A program made the translations under genes and the position numbers. Shown in pieces: positions 1 to 11,600 of a DNA stretch of 41,894 nt (positions within the stretch are counted from its first letter, which is position 1; each line of letters opens with the position of its first letter). The notes under the pieces were generated by a model. It did not search any database. It was not told the DNA's origin and worked only from the letters and a program-made list of their open reading frames with translations. Source of the stretch: Candidatus Omnitrophota bacterium (GTDB taxonomy: Bacteria; Omnitrophota; Gorgyraeia; Zapsychrales; JAHFGK01); the NCBI GenBank assembly GCA_023247475.1, contig JAHFGK010000002.1, positions 1 through 41,894 of the forward strand, read 5' to 3'.

Positions 1-102
1 CTTTAAAAACTTCTTCAAATTCCCCCCGATTTCATCTCAACTTTATGTTATACTTCTTACGAAGAAATTATTCTTTAGAAAATTTAATGGAGTTCCATTC
101 CT

Positions 103-1290
103 GTGGCAACTCATATCGGTATTGGTTTCAGTCAAAACACAGATACAGCTGAGGCTGGTCTGGAGGCCGCAATTCTGGCCAAGACCCAATTAAAACACTC
201 AGAAATTAACCTTGCCATTGTTTTCAGCACAATTCATTATAACCCCGCTGACTTTCTACCTAATATTCATAGCGTTTTAAATCAACCGAAAATTATCGGT
301 TGTTCTTCGGCAGGAATTATTCTATCCAAAAAAATTGCGATGCGCGGCCTGGCTGTTGTCGCCATTTATTCCGATGATATTCATTTCGGCGTTAGCCATG
401 TCCGCTGCGAAGAATCTCAGGATATCCTTACGACGGGGGTAACCTTGGCCAAAGAAGCCATAACGGATTTAGGCAATCACCGACGACATGCCTTTATATT
501 CTTTACCGATGGCCTTTTAAAAAATAATTCCCTCATTTTGAGAGGAACGCAAGAAATACTGGGGAGTGGTTTTCCCATTTTAGGGGCGGGCAGTTGCGAT
601 GACTTCCATTTTAAAAAAACCTTTCAGTATTATCAAGATCGGTTCTTTACCAACGCAACAACCGGTCTTTTAATGGGTGGACAGATGAGTATTAGCTTGG
701 GAAGTAAACACGGCTGGCGACCTTTAGGTAAACCACGTATTATAGATAAAGCCGACGGGCATATTATCCGTACGATCGATGGTAAAAAGGCTTCCAGTAT
801 CTACGAAGAATATTTTGGTGACGAAACAAAAAATTTACGATCTTCTCACCTGAATCAATTAACCATCCTTTATCCCTTAGGAATTTATCTGGAAGAGGAA
901 AATGAATATTTACTCCGTCATGCGGTCAACATCCTCGATGATGGGAGTATCGTCTGTCAGGATACCATCCCCGAAGGTGTGGAAGTCCATATTATGATCG
1001 GCAATAAAGACTCCTGTAAACAAGCCGCCATGGATGCAGCCAAAGAGGTACAAAATAATCTTTTTGGCAAACAGCCTAAATTGGTTATTATTTTTGAATC
1101 CTTGGCCCGGCACAAACTTCTGGGAAGAGATTCTTTAGAAGAAATTCGTTTGATTGATGATATTTTAGGGAAGACAGCGCCCATTGTCGGAATGTATTCG
1201 TATGGTGAAATTTCACCCTTTCAGTCACTATACAATATCAAGAAAAATCATCTACAAAATCAAAGCATTGTTATTCTGGCGATTGCTTAA
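103..1290 (+). CDS. FIST-domain sensory protein (FIST_N + FIST_C)
   Basis: 395-aa ORF with a GTG start 10 nt after GGAG. N-terminal 'GIGFS' and C-terminal 'GMYSYGEISP' segments are typical of FIST proteins. It sits directly upstream of a histidine kinase. Confidence 0.75.
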   Translation: MATHIGIGFSQNTDTAEAGLEAAILAKTQLKHSEINLAIVFSTIHYNPADFLPNIHSVLNQPKIIGCSSAGIILSKKIAMRGLAVVAIYSDDIHFGVSHVRCEESQDILTTGVTLAKEAITDLGNHRRHAFIFFTDGLLKNNSLILRGTQEILGSGFPILGAGSCDDFHFKKTFQYYQDRFFTNATTGLLMGGQMSISLGSKHGWRPLGKPRIIDKADGHIIRTIDGKKASSIYEEYFGDETKNLRSSHLNQLTILYPLGIYLEEENEYLLRHAVNILDDGSIVCQDTIPEGVEVHIMIGNKDSCKQAAMDAAKEVQNNLFGKQPKLVIIFESLARHKLLGRDSLEEIRLIDDILGKTAPIVGMYSYGEISPFQSLYNIKKNHLQNQSIVILAIA

Positions 1291-1481
1291 GCGGCCAGTA
1301 AATATTCTTGCAGCGGGTGAATTTCTCATTATGATATATACTGTTCTTGGCATCAATCACAAATTTTAGAAGAACCAAGGACAGCCTGCGTAGCGGCACT
1401 GTTTCACCGCGCCCTAGCTTCATCTATAAAAAATTATTTTAAGCTAAGCAAGGGCTGCTATTAAAAAGAGTTGAATATCCT

Positions 1482-3035
1482 ATGAATTCTATTATCAGCA
1501 TTGTCAATCACATTCCTCAAGAAAACTTACCAGTAGTTCTCATCGTAACCGTCTTGAGCCTCATTGTCATTTTGGTGGCGCTTATTATTATTTTGATCTG
1601 GAGAATTAAGCAGGTCTCCGAATTAAAAGCCTCCCACAGTAAATTAATGCGTTCCTTCGGCGAATTGGATGAGCAGGCCAAGTTAATTGTCAAAACCGAT
1701 CTGGAGCTCAATAAAGCTCAAGAAGAGTTGGACAAAAGACTCCATAGCCTGGAGGCTTTACAAAAAACATCGCGTCTTATTAGCACCACCCTCGATGAAG
1801 AAGAAATTTTTCATCGCTTAGATCAACCCCTGATGACCGATTTAGGATTTGAGAAATACCTGATCCTTATTTTTGATGAAAAAAATAAACTTCAGTGCCG
1901 CATTCATTCCGGGTATACTAAAGAGGCTACTCAGTATATTTTATCGAATCTAGAAAACGATACCAGCCTCAATGAGGCGTTAAAGCAAGGACACACCTTC
2001 TCCTCCGCCAATGCCCCAAAACAAAGAAAAGAAAAAATTGCTCAGCTTTTTAATGTCGAACATTTTGTTCTCTCTGCTATCCTCACTCAAAATGGAATCA
2101 TTGGTATTGTTTTTGTTGGCAACAGATCCGACGCCTCGGCGGTAACTCAAGGCGATGAAGAACTCCTCTCTATTCTTGCCAATCAGATTGGTCAGTCTGT
2201 TGAAAATGCACGGTTATTCGAGCAAGTTTACCGATCGAGTCAGATGCTGGAATCCAAGGTTCAAGAACGCACCAAGCAATTGGCCTCCGCCTTGGAAGAA
2301 GTTAAAAAAATTAGTAAAACCAAATCCGAGTTCATCTCCGCGGTCTCTCATGAGCTGCGCACTCCTTTAACTTCTATTAAAGGATACGCTTCGATCCTTA
2401 TGACCGGCAAAGTCGGTGAACTCCCCGAGCAGGTTAAAGAACGTCTGGAGAAAGTTAACAAACATTCAGACAACTTAGTGAAACTCATTAATGATCTTTT
2501 GGATATTTCACGCATTGAATCTGGCCGCGTGGAAATGAAATTTGTCAAATGCTCAATGGCCAGTCTCATTGAAAATGTCCGCGATCTTCTTACCCCGCAA
2601 ATCAAAGAGAAAAATTTGCAATTGGAAACCAATATCGCCTCGAACACGCCCGAAATTTACATCGACCGTGACCAAATCGAACGGGTTTTTATTAATTTAC
2701 TTGGTAACGCAATTAAGTTTACGCCCGAAGGTGGGACGATTACGATTAAGGTTTATCTGGATTCACAACAACTTAAAGTCGAAATTTCGGACACAGGGAT
2801 CGGTATTGCCGAGGAGGATTTGGGGAAACTGTTTAATGAATTTTATCGTGTCGATAACGTCATTAATCAAAACGTGAAAGGTTCCGGTCTGGGATTAACC
2901 TTGGCCAAAGGCATTGTGGAAGCCCATCAGGGAAGGATCTGGGTGACTAGTAAACTTAAAAAAGGAACAACCTTCCATTTTACTTTACCGTTAGAAAGAC
3001 AAAAAGTTGCTATTGACCAAAATGTTGAATATTAA
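1482..3035 (+). CDS. Membrane-anchored sensor histidine kinase (TM, coiled coil, GAF, HisKA, HATPase_c)
   Basis: N-terminal TM helix. H-box 'SHELRTPL', N-box 'NLLGNAIKFT', G-boxes 'DTGIGI' and 'GSGLGL'. A GAF-like segment ends 'ANQIGQSVENARLFEQV'. Confidence 0.9.
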   Translation: MNSIISIVNHIPQENLPVVLIVTVLSLIVILVALIIILIWRIKQVSELKASHSKLMRSFGELDEQAKLIVKTDLELNKAQEELDKRLHSLEALQKTSRLISTTLDEEEIFHRLDQPLMTDLGFEKYLILIFDEKNKLQCRIHSGYTKEATQYILSNLENDTSLNEALKQGHTFSSANAPKQRKEKIAQLFNVEHFVLSAILTQNGIIGIVFVGNRSDASAVTQGDEELLSILANQIGQSVENARLFEQVYRSSQMLESKVQERTKQLASALEEVKKISKTKSEFISAVSHELRTPLTSIKGYASILMTGKVGELPEQVKERLEKVNKHSDNLVKLINDLLDISRIESGRVEMKFVKCSMASLIENVRDLLTPQIKEKNLQLETNIASNTPEIYIDRDQIERVFINLLGNAIKFTPEGGTITIKVYLDSQQLKVEISDTGIGIAEEDLGKLFNEFYRVDNVINQNVKGSGLGLTLAKGIVEAHQGRIWVTSKLKKGTTFHFTLPLERQKVAIDQNVEY

Positions 3036-3062
3036 TCGTCCTTAAAAAAGGAAAAGCGGTTT

Positions 3063-3992
3063 ATGCGGAAAGAAAGAATCTTAACCATTGATGATGATCC
3101 CGACATACTGGATGTGCTGGCTTTAACTTTATCCGGACATTATGAGGTCATTCAAGCCGCCAATGGCAAGGAGGGTCTTAAACTTGTGCATTCCAAAAAT
3201 CCCGATCTTATTATCTGCGACTACATGATGCCGGTGATGAATGGTCAGGAATTTTGTAAATCCATTAAAAAGGATATTCTCTTAAGACATATCCCGGTCA
3301 TTATGCTGACTGGTAAAGGCGATGTTAAGGATATGGTTGGTGGGATTGAGGCCGGTTCCGACGATTATATTGTCAAACCCTTCGAGCCGGATGCCTTACT
3401 CGCCCGTATCCGTATGATATTACGACGAACCATCCGTAGTCTTGATGCCAATCCGTTGACTCATCTTCCCGGCAACACATCCATCATGGAAGAATTACAA
3501 CATTGTATTGATTCGAAGAGAAATTTTGCCGTTGGTTATGCCGACATCGATACTTTTAAAAGCTATAACGATAAATATGGTTTTGAAAAAGGAGACGAAG
3601 TCATTCGCGAATTGGCACGATTATTAATTAAAGTACTTAAGGAAAAAGGTGGTCCCGATACCTTCATCGGTCACATTGGAGGTGATGATTTTGTTTTTAT
3701 CGCGGATGATGCCCGCGCAGATGAGATCTGCAAAAGGATTATTGAAGAATTTGATAATACCGTACCAAATTTTTACAATTCAGTAGATCGAAAGGCAGGT
3801 TATATTATCAGCAAAGATCGACAAGGTAACGAACGCAAATTCGACTTCTTATCCCTCTCGATCGGGGTGGTAAGCTCCGCCACTCACAAAATCACTCATG
3901 TGGCGCAAATCAGCGAAATTGGAGCGGAACTAAAAAAATACGCCAAGAGTTTTGAAAAAAGCAATTATGTTCGCGATAAACGCCGAAAATAA
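3063..3992 (+). CDS. Response regulator: REC domain fused to a GGDEF-family domain with non-canonical GGDDF motif
   Basis: REC motifs 'ILTIDDD', 'DLIICDYMMPVMNG' and 'DYIVKPF'. Cyclase-like 'YADIDTFKSYNDKYGFEKGD' and 'HIGGDDFVFI'. SD AAGGAAAAG lies upstream of the ATG. Confidence 0.85.
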   Translation: MRKERILTIDDDPDILDVLALTLSGHYEVIQAANGKEGLKLVHSKNPDLIICDYMMPVMNGQEFCKSIKKDILLRHIPVIMLTGKGDVKDMVGGIEAGSDDYIVKPFEPDALLARIRMILRRTIRSLDANPLTHLPGNTSIMEELQHCIDSKRNFAVGYADIDTFKSYNDKYGFEKGDEVIRELARLLIKVLKEKGGPDTFIGHIGGDDFVFIADDARADEICKRIIEEFDNTVPNFYNSVDRKAGYIISKDRQGNERKFDFLSLSIGVVSSATHKITHVAQISEIGAELKKYAKSFEKSNYVRDKRRK

Positions 3993-4065
3993 TTCTTCGA
4001 GGGATCCTGAGCCTGTCGAAGGACTCGGGATGAGGAAGGAAAAACTCTCCGACCCCTCAGATAAT

Positions 4066-4269
4066 TTACTTTCTAGGAGCGAAATTGACATAATCTGGTC
4101 GTTGGTCCATGATGTCGGCTGTCGTTTTACCGAAAAAACTATCGGCTTCATCACGAGATTTCGGCAAGTGCCCTGATTCTAAAGCAACTAAAACAAAGGC
4201 GACCGTAAGGCCTAACAAAATCAGGTATTCCATCGTCGGCATGACTTTATGTTGAAATGGTTCCATCAT
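4066..4269 (-). CDS. Small single-pass membrane protein (weak Flp-pilin-like N-terminus)
   Basis: 67-aa ORF with a good SD (AAGAGGT, 7 nt before the ATG). It has an 'EY' followed by a hydrophobic helix 'LILLGLTVAFVLVAL', but the Gly of the G/xxxxEY Flp cleavage motif is missing. Confidence 0.4.
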   Translation of the reverse strand: MMEPFQHKVMPTMEYLILLGLTVAFVLVALESGHLPKSRDEADSFFGKTTADIMDQRPDYVNFAPRK

Positions 4270-4378
4270 CTTATAAACCTCTTAAAAAACTTTGCAATAC
4301 TCTTCTTTAAATTTTCCTTCCTCAATATTAATATAACATATTAAGCGACCATTATGAAAGTTAAAAGCTTTGAAATTT

Positions 4379-5092
4379 TTAATTGGGTCTTAACTTTTTT
4401 AGAATTCTAACAAGCTCTTTGGGATTATTCGAGCCGAAAAAGTAACTGGCGGTAGCCAAAATATTGGCTCCTGCCTTCACGGCTTGGGAAGCGGTTGATC
4501 CATTAATTCCGCCGTCGATCGAAATATCACCGTAAAATTCTTTTCTTAAACGTTCAATTTTGGGCAACACCTCAGGCATAAATTTCTGATTCGCATACCC
4601 CGGGTTGACGGACATCACCAAAACACCATCCACATCCTTTAAAAGCGATCCTAAACAAAGGGGTGTCCCGGGATTAATGACCAAAAATACCTTTTTCCCT
4701 CGTTGTTTTATTCGGTCAATATCCTTTTTGGCTTTACGCACATCGATTTTGTCTACCGCCTTAGGGTATTGAGCGGGTCGACGAGCGCTTGCTTTTAATT
4801 TTCCATAACATTCGACATGAATCGAGACAATATCAGCCCCTACATCAATAAATTGATCAATATAATCCCAAGGATATTCAATCATCAAATGAGTTTCGAT
4901 GGGAAGTTTTGTAATTGGCCGAATAGCTTTCACGATAATCTGGCCAATCGTAATAGTGGGGACGAAATGACCGTCCATGACATCGACGTGAATCGAATCC
5001 ACACCAGCCTCTTCACACTTTTTGATTTCCTCACCGAGTTTTGTGAAGTCGGCACAAAGGATACTGGCGCTCACTTGAATAGGTCTGGGCAT
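4379..5092 (-). CDS. rpe: Ribulose-phosphate 3-epimerase
   Basis: Motifs 'SILCADF', 'HVDVMDGHFVP', 'MSVNPGYANQKF' and 'SIDGGIN'. Start set at ATG 5092 (MPRPIQ...) because the longer ORF (to 5170) runs into the tRNA-Leu gene. Confidence 0.9.
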   Translation of the reverse strand: MPRPIQVSASILCADFTKLGEEIKKCEEAGVDSIHVDVMDGHFVPTITIGQIIVKAIRPITKLPIETHLMIEYPWDYIDQFIDVGADIVSIHVECYGKLKASARRPAQYPKAVDKIDVRKAKKDIDRIKQRGKKVFLVINPGTPLCLGSLLKDVDGVLVMSVNPGYANQKFMPEVLPKIERLRKEFYGDISIDGGINGSTASQAVKAGANILATASYFFGSNNPKELVRILKKLRPN

Positions 5093-5143
5093 ATTAGGTC
5101 TAGGGTCTAGGGAAACTAATCCCTTTACCCTACAATAAGTAAA

Positions 5144-5225
<82 letters not shown>

Positions 5226-5276
5226 GTAATCTCAATCCTCCCATTCATCAAGTAATTTATAAGTATATTATTAAAC

Positions 5277-5489
5277 TTAAGGGTTGGGAGTCCCAAAGGT
5301 TGCTTTATAATCTTCCGCGATTTCCTTTTTAAGCACTATAAGAGTAATGAATGAAGCAACAAAATATACCGCAAGGGCCACACACAAAACAGCACAAACT
5401 AAATGTACATATTTTTTTGTCTTTTTATATTTCCGAAAAAAGCAATAACAAAAAATGAAAAATGGGATAGCTACAATAAGATAGATCAT
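5277..5489 (-). CDS. Hypothetical small membrane protein (2 predicted TM helices)
   Basis: 70-aa ORF with GAGG 4 nt before the ATG. Two hydrophobic stretches are separated by 'RKYKKTKKY'. No recognisable family. Confidence 0.4.
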   Translation of the reverse strand: MIYLIVAIPFFIFCYCFFRKYKKTKKYVHLVCAVLCVALAVYFVASFITLIVLKKEIAEDYKATFGTPNP

Positions 5490-5568
5490 TCCGCCTCACT
5501 TGAACACATTCCCTTATCGTTTACCGCCACCCGCGCTATTGATCGCGAAAGAACGCTAAATTTAACGC

Positions 5569-5613
5569 AAAAAAACACTAAAAGACGCTAAACTTTTCGC
5601 GTTTTTTAGCGTC
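5569..5613 (-). terminator. Intrinsic terminator downstream of pyrG
   Basis: 9-bp stem GACGCTAAA / TTTAGCGTC (5584-5592 / 5605-5613). On the minus strand it is followed by UUUUAGUGUUUUUUU. Confidence 0.55.
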
Positions 5614-5636
5614 CTTTTGCTTAAATTTCGCGTTTT

Positions 5637-7241
5637 TTAGCGATTATGTTCCAACGACGCCGCAATAAAATTTCTAAAGAAAGGATGCGCTCGATCCGGT
5701 TTCGATTTAAATTCCGGATGAAACTGGCAGGCCACAAACCAAGGATGATTTTTTAGTTCAATAATCTCAACCAAATCATCTTGAGTATTGATCCCAGAAA
5801 AAATTAATCCCTTTTTCTCCAGGGATTTTCTATATCTATTATTAAACTCATAACGGTGGCGATGACGTTCGACAACATTTTCTTTTTTATAAGCTTGGAA
5901 ACTTTTGGAATTCTTAACGACCTTACACGGATAGGCCCCTAAACGCATGGTCGCGCCCATTTGTTTGATATCTTTTTGTTCTTCCAAAAGACTAATGACG
6001 GGGTTGGGGGTGTCTTTATCAAACTCGGTTGAATTAGCTTTTTTTAAAGCACAAACATTTCTGGTAAACTCAATGGTCGCTATTTGCATCCCTAAACAAA
6101 TCCCTAGAAAGGGAATATTGTGTTCGCGAGCGTAACGCGCCGCATCAATTTTCCCTTCGATACCACGGGATCCAAAACCCCCCGGAATAAGAATCCCCTG
6201 CGAGCCTTTTAAATATTTTTCAATCCGCCCATTTTCAATCTCTTCGGAATCGACACGATTAATAATGACTCTGGCATCATTGGCAATCCCGCCATGAACC
6301 AAGGCCTCATATATGGATTTATAAGCATCGGGTAAAGAAATATACTTGCCCACCACCGAAATTTTCACATCCCTTCCGGGATTACGGATCCGTTTAATAA
6401 CGAAGTTCGTCCATTCTTCTAAATCTTTATCTTCACTTTTTAAATTAAGCTTCTTTAGAATTAAATCATCCAAACCTTCTTTTTTGAACAGCAAAGGCAC
6501 TTCATAAATATATTTGACATCCACCGCTTCAATGACCGATCCTGTATCCACATTGCAGAAGAGGGCAATTTTCTCTCTTTGTTCTTTAACAATAGGGCGC
6601 TCTGTTCGACACAATAAAATATCTGGGATAATCCCAATTTCTCGTAATCGACCGACACTGTGTTGCGTTGGTTTTGTTTTTTGTTCGCCGGCGGATTTAA
6701 TATAAGGTAAAAGAGTCACGTGAATATTGATCGCATAGCTTTCCCCCAGTTCCCAGCGCATTTGGCGAATGGCTTCCAAAAAGGGAAGACTTTCAATATC
6801 ACCAACGGTCCCACCAATCTCCACAATCGTCACATCCACATCGCGTTCTCGAGCGACTTTCTTGATACTCGATTTAATTTCATCCGTAATATGCGGAATA
6901 ATCTGTACTGTTTTTCCTAAATAATCACCGCGCCTTTCCTTATTAATGACGGAATAATAAATTTTTCCTGTGGTGATATTCGAATCCTTCGTGACCTGAG
7001 CATTCGTAAAACGCTCATAATGTCCCAAATCAAGATCTGTCTCCGCCCCATCCTCGGTCACATAGACCTCACCGTGCTGGTAAGGATTCATTGTCCCCGG
7101 ATCCACGTTGAGATAAGGATCGCATTTAATAAGTGTGGTCTTCAGTCCTCGCGCTTCGAGTAACCTACCGATAGAGGCAGCGGCAATGCCTTTGCCTAAA
7201 CTGGATACAACACCTCCGGTGATAAAGATAAATTTACTCAT
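5637..7241 (-). CDS. pyrG: CTP synthase (glutamine-hydrolysing)
   Basis: 534 aa. N-terminus '[17 protein letters not shown]', GATase motif '[10 protein letters not shown]', and '[10 protein letters not shown]'. Confidence 0.97.
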   Translation of the reverse strand: MSKFIFITGGVVSSLGKGIAAASIGRLLEARGLKTTLIKCDPYLNVDPGTMNPYQHGEVYVTEDGAETDLDLGHYERFTNAQVTKDSNITTGKIYYSVINKERRGDYLGKTVQIIPHITDEIKSSIKKVARERDVDVTIVEIGGTVGDIESLPFLEAIRQMRWELGESYAINIHVTLLPYIKSAGEQKTKPTQHSVGRLREIGIIPDILLCRTERPIVKEQREKIALFCNVDTGSVIEAVDVKYIYEVPLLFKKEGLDDLILKKLNLKSEDKDLEEWTNFVIKRIRNPGRDVKISVVGKYISLPDAYKSIYEALVHGGIANDARVIINRVDSEEIENGRIEKYLKGSQGILIPGGFGSRGIEGKIDAARYAREHNIPFLGICLGMQIATIEFTRNVCALKKANSTEFDKDTPNPVISLLEEQKDIKQMGATMRLGAYPCKVVKNSKSFQAYKKENVVERHRHRYEFNNRYRKSLEKKGLIFSGINTQDDLVEIIELKNHPWFVACQFHPEFKSKPDRAHPFFRNFIAASLEHNR

Positions 7242-7250
7242 AAATAGATT

Positions 7251-8654
7251 TTACTTTAATATTCTACCTTCTAAAACATATTTACTAGCATTCTTAGGTA
7301 TTTCAACCGGATAATTACCACTAAAACAGGCGTGACAAAAATCTGGGGAATTTTTCACCACCGAAAGCATTCCCTCCAAACTCAAATATTCTAAAGAATC
7401 CACTTGGATAAACTTAGCAATTTCTTCCACGCTCTTATTAGCGGCAATTAGTTCAGATTTGCTAGGAAAATCAATCCCATAAAAACAAGGGGATATAATG
7501 GGTGGGCAACTGATACGCATATGAATTTCCTTCGCGCCAGCCCGTCGTAATTCTTGAATACGGTTACGGCTGGTCGTGCCGCGGACGATGGAATCTTCAA
7601 CGACAATCACCCTTTTACCCTTTAAAACTTCCGAAATAGCATTAAGCTTAACCTTCACCCGAAAATCACGCAAAAACTGTGAGGGCTGAATAAATGTACG
7701 CCCGATATAGTGGTTACGGATAAATCCCACCTCAAAGGGGAGTTTCGATTCTTCCGCATAACCTAAGGCTGCATAATTGCCAGAATCAGGGATCGCCATA
7801 ACAAAATCTGCATCCACGGGGTGCTCCTTAGCTAGTTGCGCTCCTAACCGTTTTCTTACGTAATAAACATTTTCGCCAAAAATATTGCTATCCGGCCGGG
7901 CAAAATAAATCAGCTCAAAAATACAATGCGCTTTATGCTTTGCCGAAGTGGGTAAATGACACGACTCTATTTTATTTCCTTTAATAAAAATAATCTCCCC
8001 CGGTTCAATCTCGCGAACAAACTCTGCTTGAGTTAAATCCAGCGCACAGCTTTCACTCGCCAAAATATATCCGTCATCTTTTTTTCCTAAACACAAGGGA
8101 CGAAATCCGTAAGGATCACGGGCCCCAACAACGGTATCTCCCACCAACAACACCAAAGAAAATGCCCCCTTTAATTGGGAAAGGACATTGATGAACCATT
8201 CTTTTAAATCCCCATTTTGGGTCTTCGCTAAAAGATGGACAATAATTTCCGAATCCATGGTCGTCTGAAAAATAGATCCTTCCTCTTCCAATTTCTGATA
8301 AAGTTCTTCGGTATTGGTGAGATTGCCATTGTGCGCTACGGCGATGGGAATGTTTCTGTGGGTAACTAAAAGTGGTTGGATGTTCTTAACATTACTTGAT
8401 CCTGTGGTGGAATAACGGCAATGGCCGATCGCGACTTTCCCTTTCAGTTCTTCAATAGCCTTTTCATCAAGGGCATCATCCACTAAACCGGGATTCTTAA
8501 CCACATGAATGTCTTTCCCATCAAAAGACACAATCCCGGCCGCCTCTTCTCCGCGATGTTGTAGCGCATATAATCCCAGGAAAACAATTTTAGAAGCCTC
8601 TTTATGATTCGATACACCTATAATGCCACACACAAACGTTTCCTCCTCGATCAA
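7251..8654 (-). CDS. purF: Amidophosphoribosyltransferase (glutamine PRPP amidotransferase)
   Basis: Ntn nucleophile 'CGIIGV' and PRTase loop 'VVEDSIVRGTT'. The start is either TTG 8654 or GTG 8633 immediately before the catalytic Cys. Confidence 0.95.
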   Translation of the reverse strand: MIEEETFVCGIIGVSNHKEASKIVFLGLYALQHRGEEAAGIVSFDGKDIHVVKNPGLVDDALDEKAIEELKGKVAIGHCRYSTTGSSNVKNIQPLLVTHRNIPIAVAHNGNLTNTEELYQKLEEEGSIFQTTMDSEIIVHLLAKTQNGDLKEWFINVLSQLKGAFSLVLLVGDTVVGARDPYGFRPLCLGKKDDGYILASESCALDLTQAEFVREIEPGEIIFIKGNKIESCHLPTSAKHKAHCIFELIYFARPDSNIFGENVYYVRKRLGAQLAKEHPVDADFVMAIPDSGNYAALGYAEESKLPFEVGFIRNHYIGRTFIQPSQFLRDFRVKVKLNAISEVLKGKRVIVVEDSIVRGTTSRNRIQELRRAGAKEIHMRISCPPIISPCFYGIDFPSKSELIAANKSVEEIAKFIQVDSLEYLSLEGMLSVVKNSPDFCHACFSGNYPVEIPKNASKYVLEGRILK

Positions 8655-8689
8655 ATAACTTTAATAGAAAACACGAATCCCTCGTATAC

Positions 8690-11600
8690 CTAAACGGTGC
8701 AGGAAGAATTTTTCAAGGTTTGATAGTATTTTTGTAAGGGCTGAACTAAAAATTCTCTTCCTAACATGGATTCGATGCCATTAACAGCTGCCCAGGCCCC
8801 TTGAAGTGTTGTGATACAAGGAACATTGTGTAAAATCGCAGCCGCCCGAATGGCACGCATATCGGATTGACTTTTTTTACCCGAGGGCGTGTTGATAATT
8901 AAATTTATCGCACTTTTTTTGATTAATGTCAATAGATTGTTTTTACCCTCGCCGTGTTTATCCACCATTTCTACTTCGACACCAGCGGATTTTAAAATCT
9001 TCGCTGTCCCTCGGGTGACAACCAGTTTAAGTTTTAGATCCACTAACTTCTTGGCGAGGGAAACAACGTCCCGTTTGTCCTCATCTTTCAAGCTAATAAA
9101 AATGGTCCCTTTCTTAGGTAACGATTGATTCGCACTAATCTGTGATTTAGCAAAAGCGGCGCCAAAGGTGGTATCGATTCCCATGACCTCACCAGTCGAT
9201 TTCATCTCTGGACCCAACACAATATCCACCCCCGAAAATCGATTAAAGGGTAAAACTGATTCTTTAACGGCTACATATCCCAACTCTCCAGAGGAAGCAA
9301 GATTAAAATGAGAGAGTTTTTTGCCCACCATAATCTGAACTGCAATTTTTGCAATAGGAATCCCGGTCGCTTTACTGACAAAGGGAACTGTCCGGGAAGC
9401 ACGCGGATTCACTTCTAAAACATAAATCTTATTTCCTTTCACGGCAAACTGAATATTGATAAGCCCAACCACTTTTAATCCTTGGGCGATCCGGCAGGTG
9501 AATTGTTTTATCTGCTCAACTAATTCTTCGCTCATGGTGTGTGGTGGTAAAACGCACGCAGAATCGCCGGAATGAATTCCTGCGTGCTCGATATGTTCCA
9601 TCACCCCTGCCACAAAGGTCGATTCTCCGTCACAAATCGCATCCACATCCAGTTCAATGGCATCTTCGACAAATTTATCAATCAAAATCGGATGACCGGC
9701 GGAAACTTCTTTTGCCTCTTCGATAAAAGAAAGCAATGATTCTCGATCGTAGACAATCCGCATCGCTCGACCACCTAAAACATAAGATGGTCTCGCCAAA
9801 ACGGGATAACCGATGCGCGAGGCAATCTGCACCGACTCCTCTACCGAAGTAGCGGAACCATTCTCGGGCTGCAAGATCCCTAATTGATTGATAAACGCGG
9901 CAAATTTTTTTCGGTCTTCGGCTAAATCAATCGAATCCACCGATGTTCCAATAATGGGGACGCCGGCTTGTTGTAGTTTATGCGCTAAATTAAGCGGGGT
10001 CTGTCCCCCAAATTGAACAATCACCCCATCAGGCTTTTCCACGTCGATAATGTTCATGACATCCTCAAAGGTTAACGGCTCAAAATAAAGTCGGTCGGAG
10101 GTATCGTAATCTGTTGAGACAGTCTCGGGATTGGAATTAACCATAATGGTTTCATAACCCAAATCTTTTAAAGCAAAAGATGCATGACAACAACAATAAT
10201 CAAATTCAATGCCCTGTCCGATACGGTTAGGACCGCCGCCTAAAATCATGATTTTTTTTCTTTTACCTTTGGCACTGCGATCTAATTTTAGCTGTTGCAA
10301 GATTGCTTCATCTTCGGTCTCATAGGTAGAATAATAATAGGGTGTGTACGCCTCAAATTCCGCCGCACAGGTATCCACTAACTTGAATGTCGCCACAATA
10401 CCTTGATCTTTGCGTAATTGACGAACCGCCACCTCTGTTTTCCCCATAATCTGTGCGAGTTGAGCGTCACTAAAACCATATTCTTTAGCTTTTCTAAAAA
10501 GTTTTGTGTTTATGGTTTTTTCTTTTTTGTATGTTTCAATTAATTGATTTTCTAATTCAAGAATCTGTTCAATATGAGCAATGAACCAAATATCAATTTT
10601 ACTGAGTTGAACAATTTCCTCCGCAGACATTCCTTTCTGCAAAGCGTATTTAATATAAAAAATCCGCGAAGCATTGGGTTCGCTTAAACGCAAGCGAATT
10701 TTCTCATCGGGGATGTTGCGATAATCCAATTTGTTGTCTAACCCCACATGACCGATCTCGAGGCCGCGTAACGCTTTTTGTAAAGCCTCTTTAAAGGTTC
10801 GGCCGATGGCCATCGTTTCCCCGACGGATTTCATCTGCACGCCTAAAATATCTTTGGCCTCGGGGAATTTTTCAAAAGTAAATCGCGGCGCCTTGACCAC
10901 GCAATAATCAATGGTAGGCTCAAACGAAGCAGGAGTCTCACGGGTGATGTCATTTTGAATTTCATCCAAAGAATAGCCTACGGCGAGTTTCGCGGCAAAT
11001 TTAGCAATAGGGAAACCCGTTGCTTTACTGGCTAACGCTGAACTTCGGGACACACGTGGGTTCACTTCAATCACAACCATCCGTCCAGTTTGCGGATCAA
11101 CCGCAAATTGAATATTGGAACCGCCCGTTTCCACACCAATCTCTCTGATTAATTTGAGCGCAGCGTTACGCATATTCTGATACTCGCGATCCGTCAATGT
11201 CTGCGCCGGGGCGACCGTTATACTATCTCCAGTATGCACTCCCATGGGATCAAAATTTTCGATTGAGCAGACAATAACCACATTATCTTTGTTGTCACGC
11301 ATCACTTCCAGTTCATATTCTTTCCATCCTTCAATGGACTGTTCAATCAAAACTTCGTTAATCATGCTGCTTTCGATTCCCAACGAAGCAATGCGTTCCA
11401 GATCCTCCTCATTGTAAGCAATACCCCCTCCTGTCCCGCCAAGAGTATAGGCTGGTCGGATAATCAATGGAAAACCAATTTCCTGCGCCGCTTTTTTCGC
11501 TTCCTCCAAGTTGCGAGCGATGATACTGCGAGGAACATCTAAGCCAACTTTTAACGCCGCTTGTTTAAAACACGCACGATCTTCGGCCTTGCGTATAATT

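Noticed and set aside
4066-4269. Calling the 67-aa ORF a Flp/Tad pilin
   Set aside because: Only the 'EY + hydrophobic helix' part fits. The conserved Gly of the G/xxxxEY cleavage site is absent and no tad/cpa genes are nearby. I kept it only as a small membrane protein.
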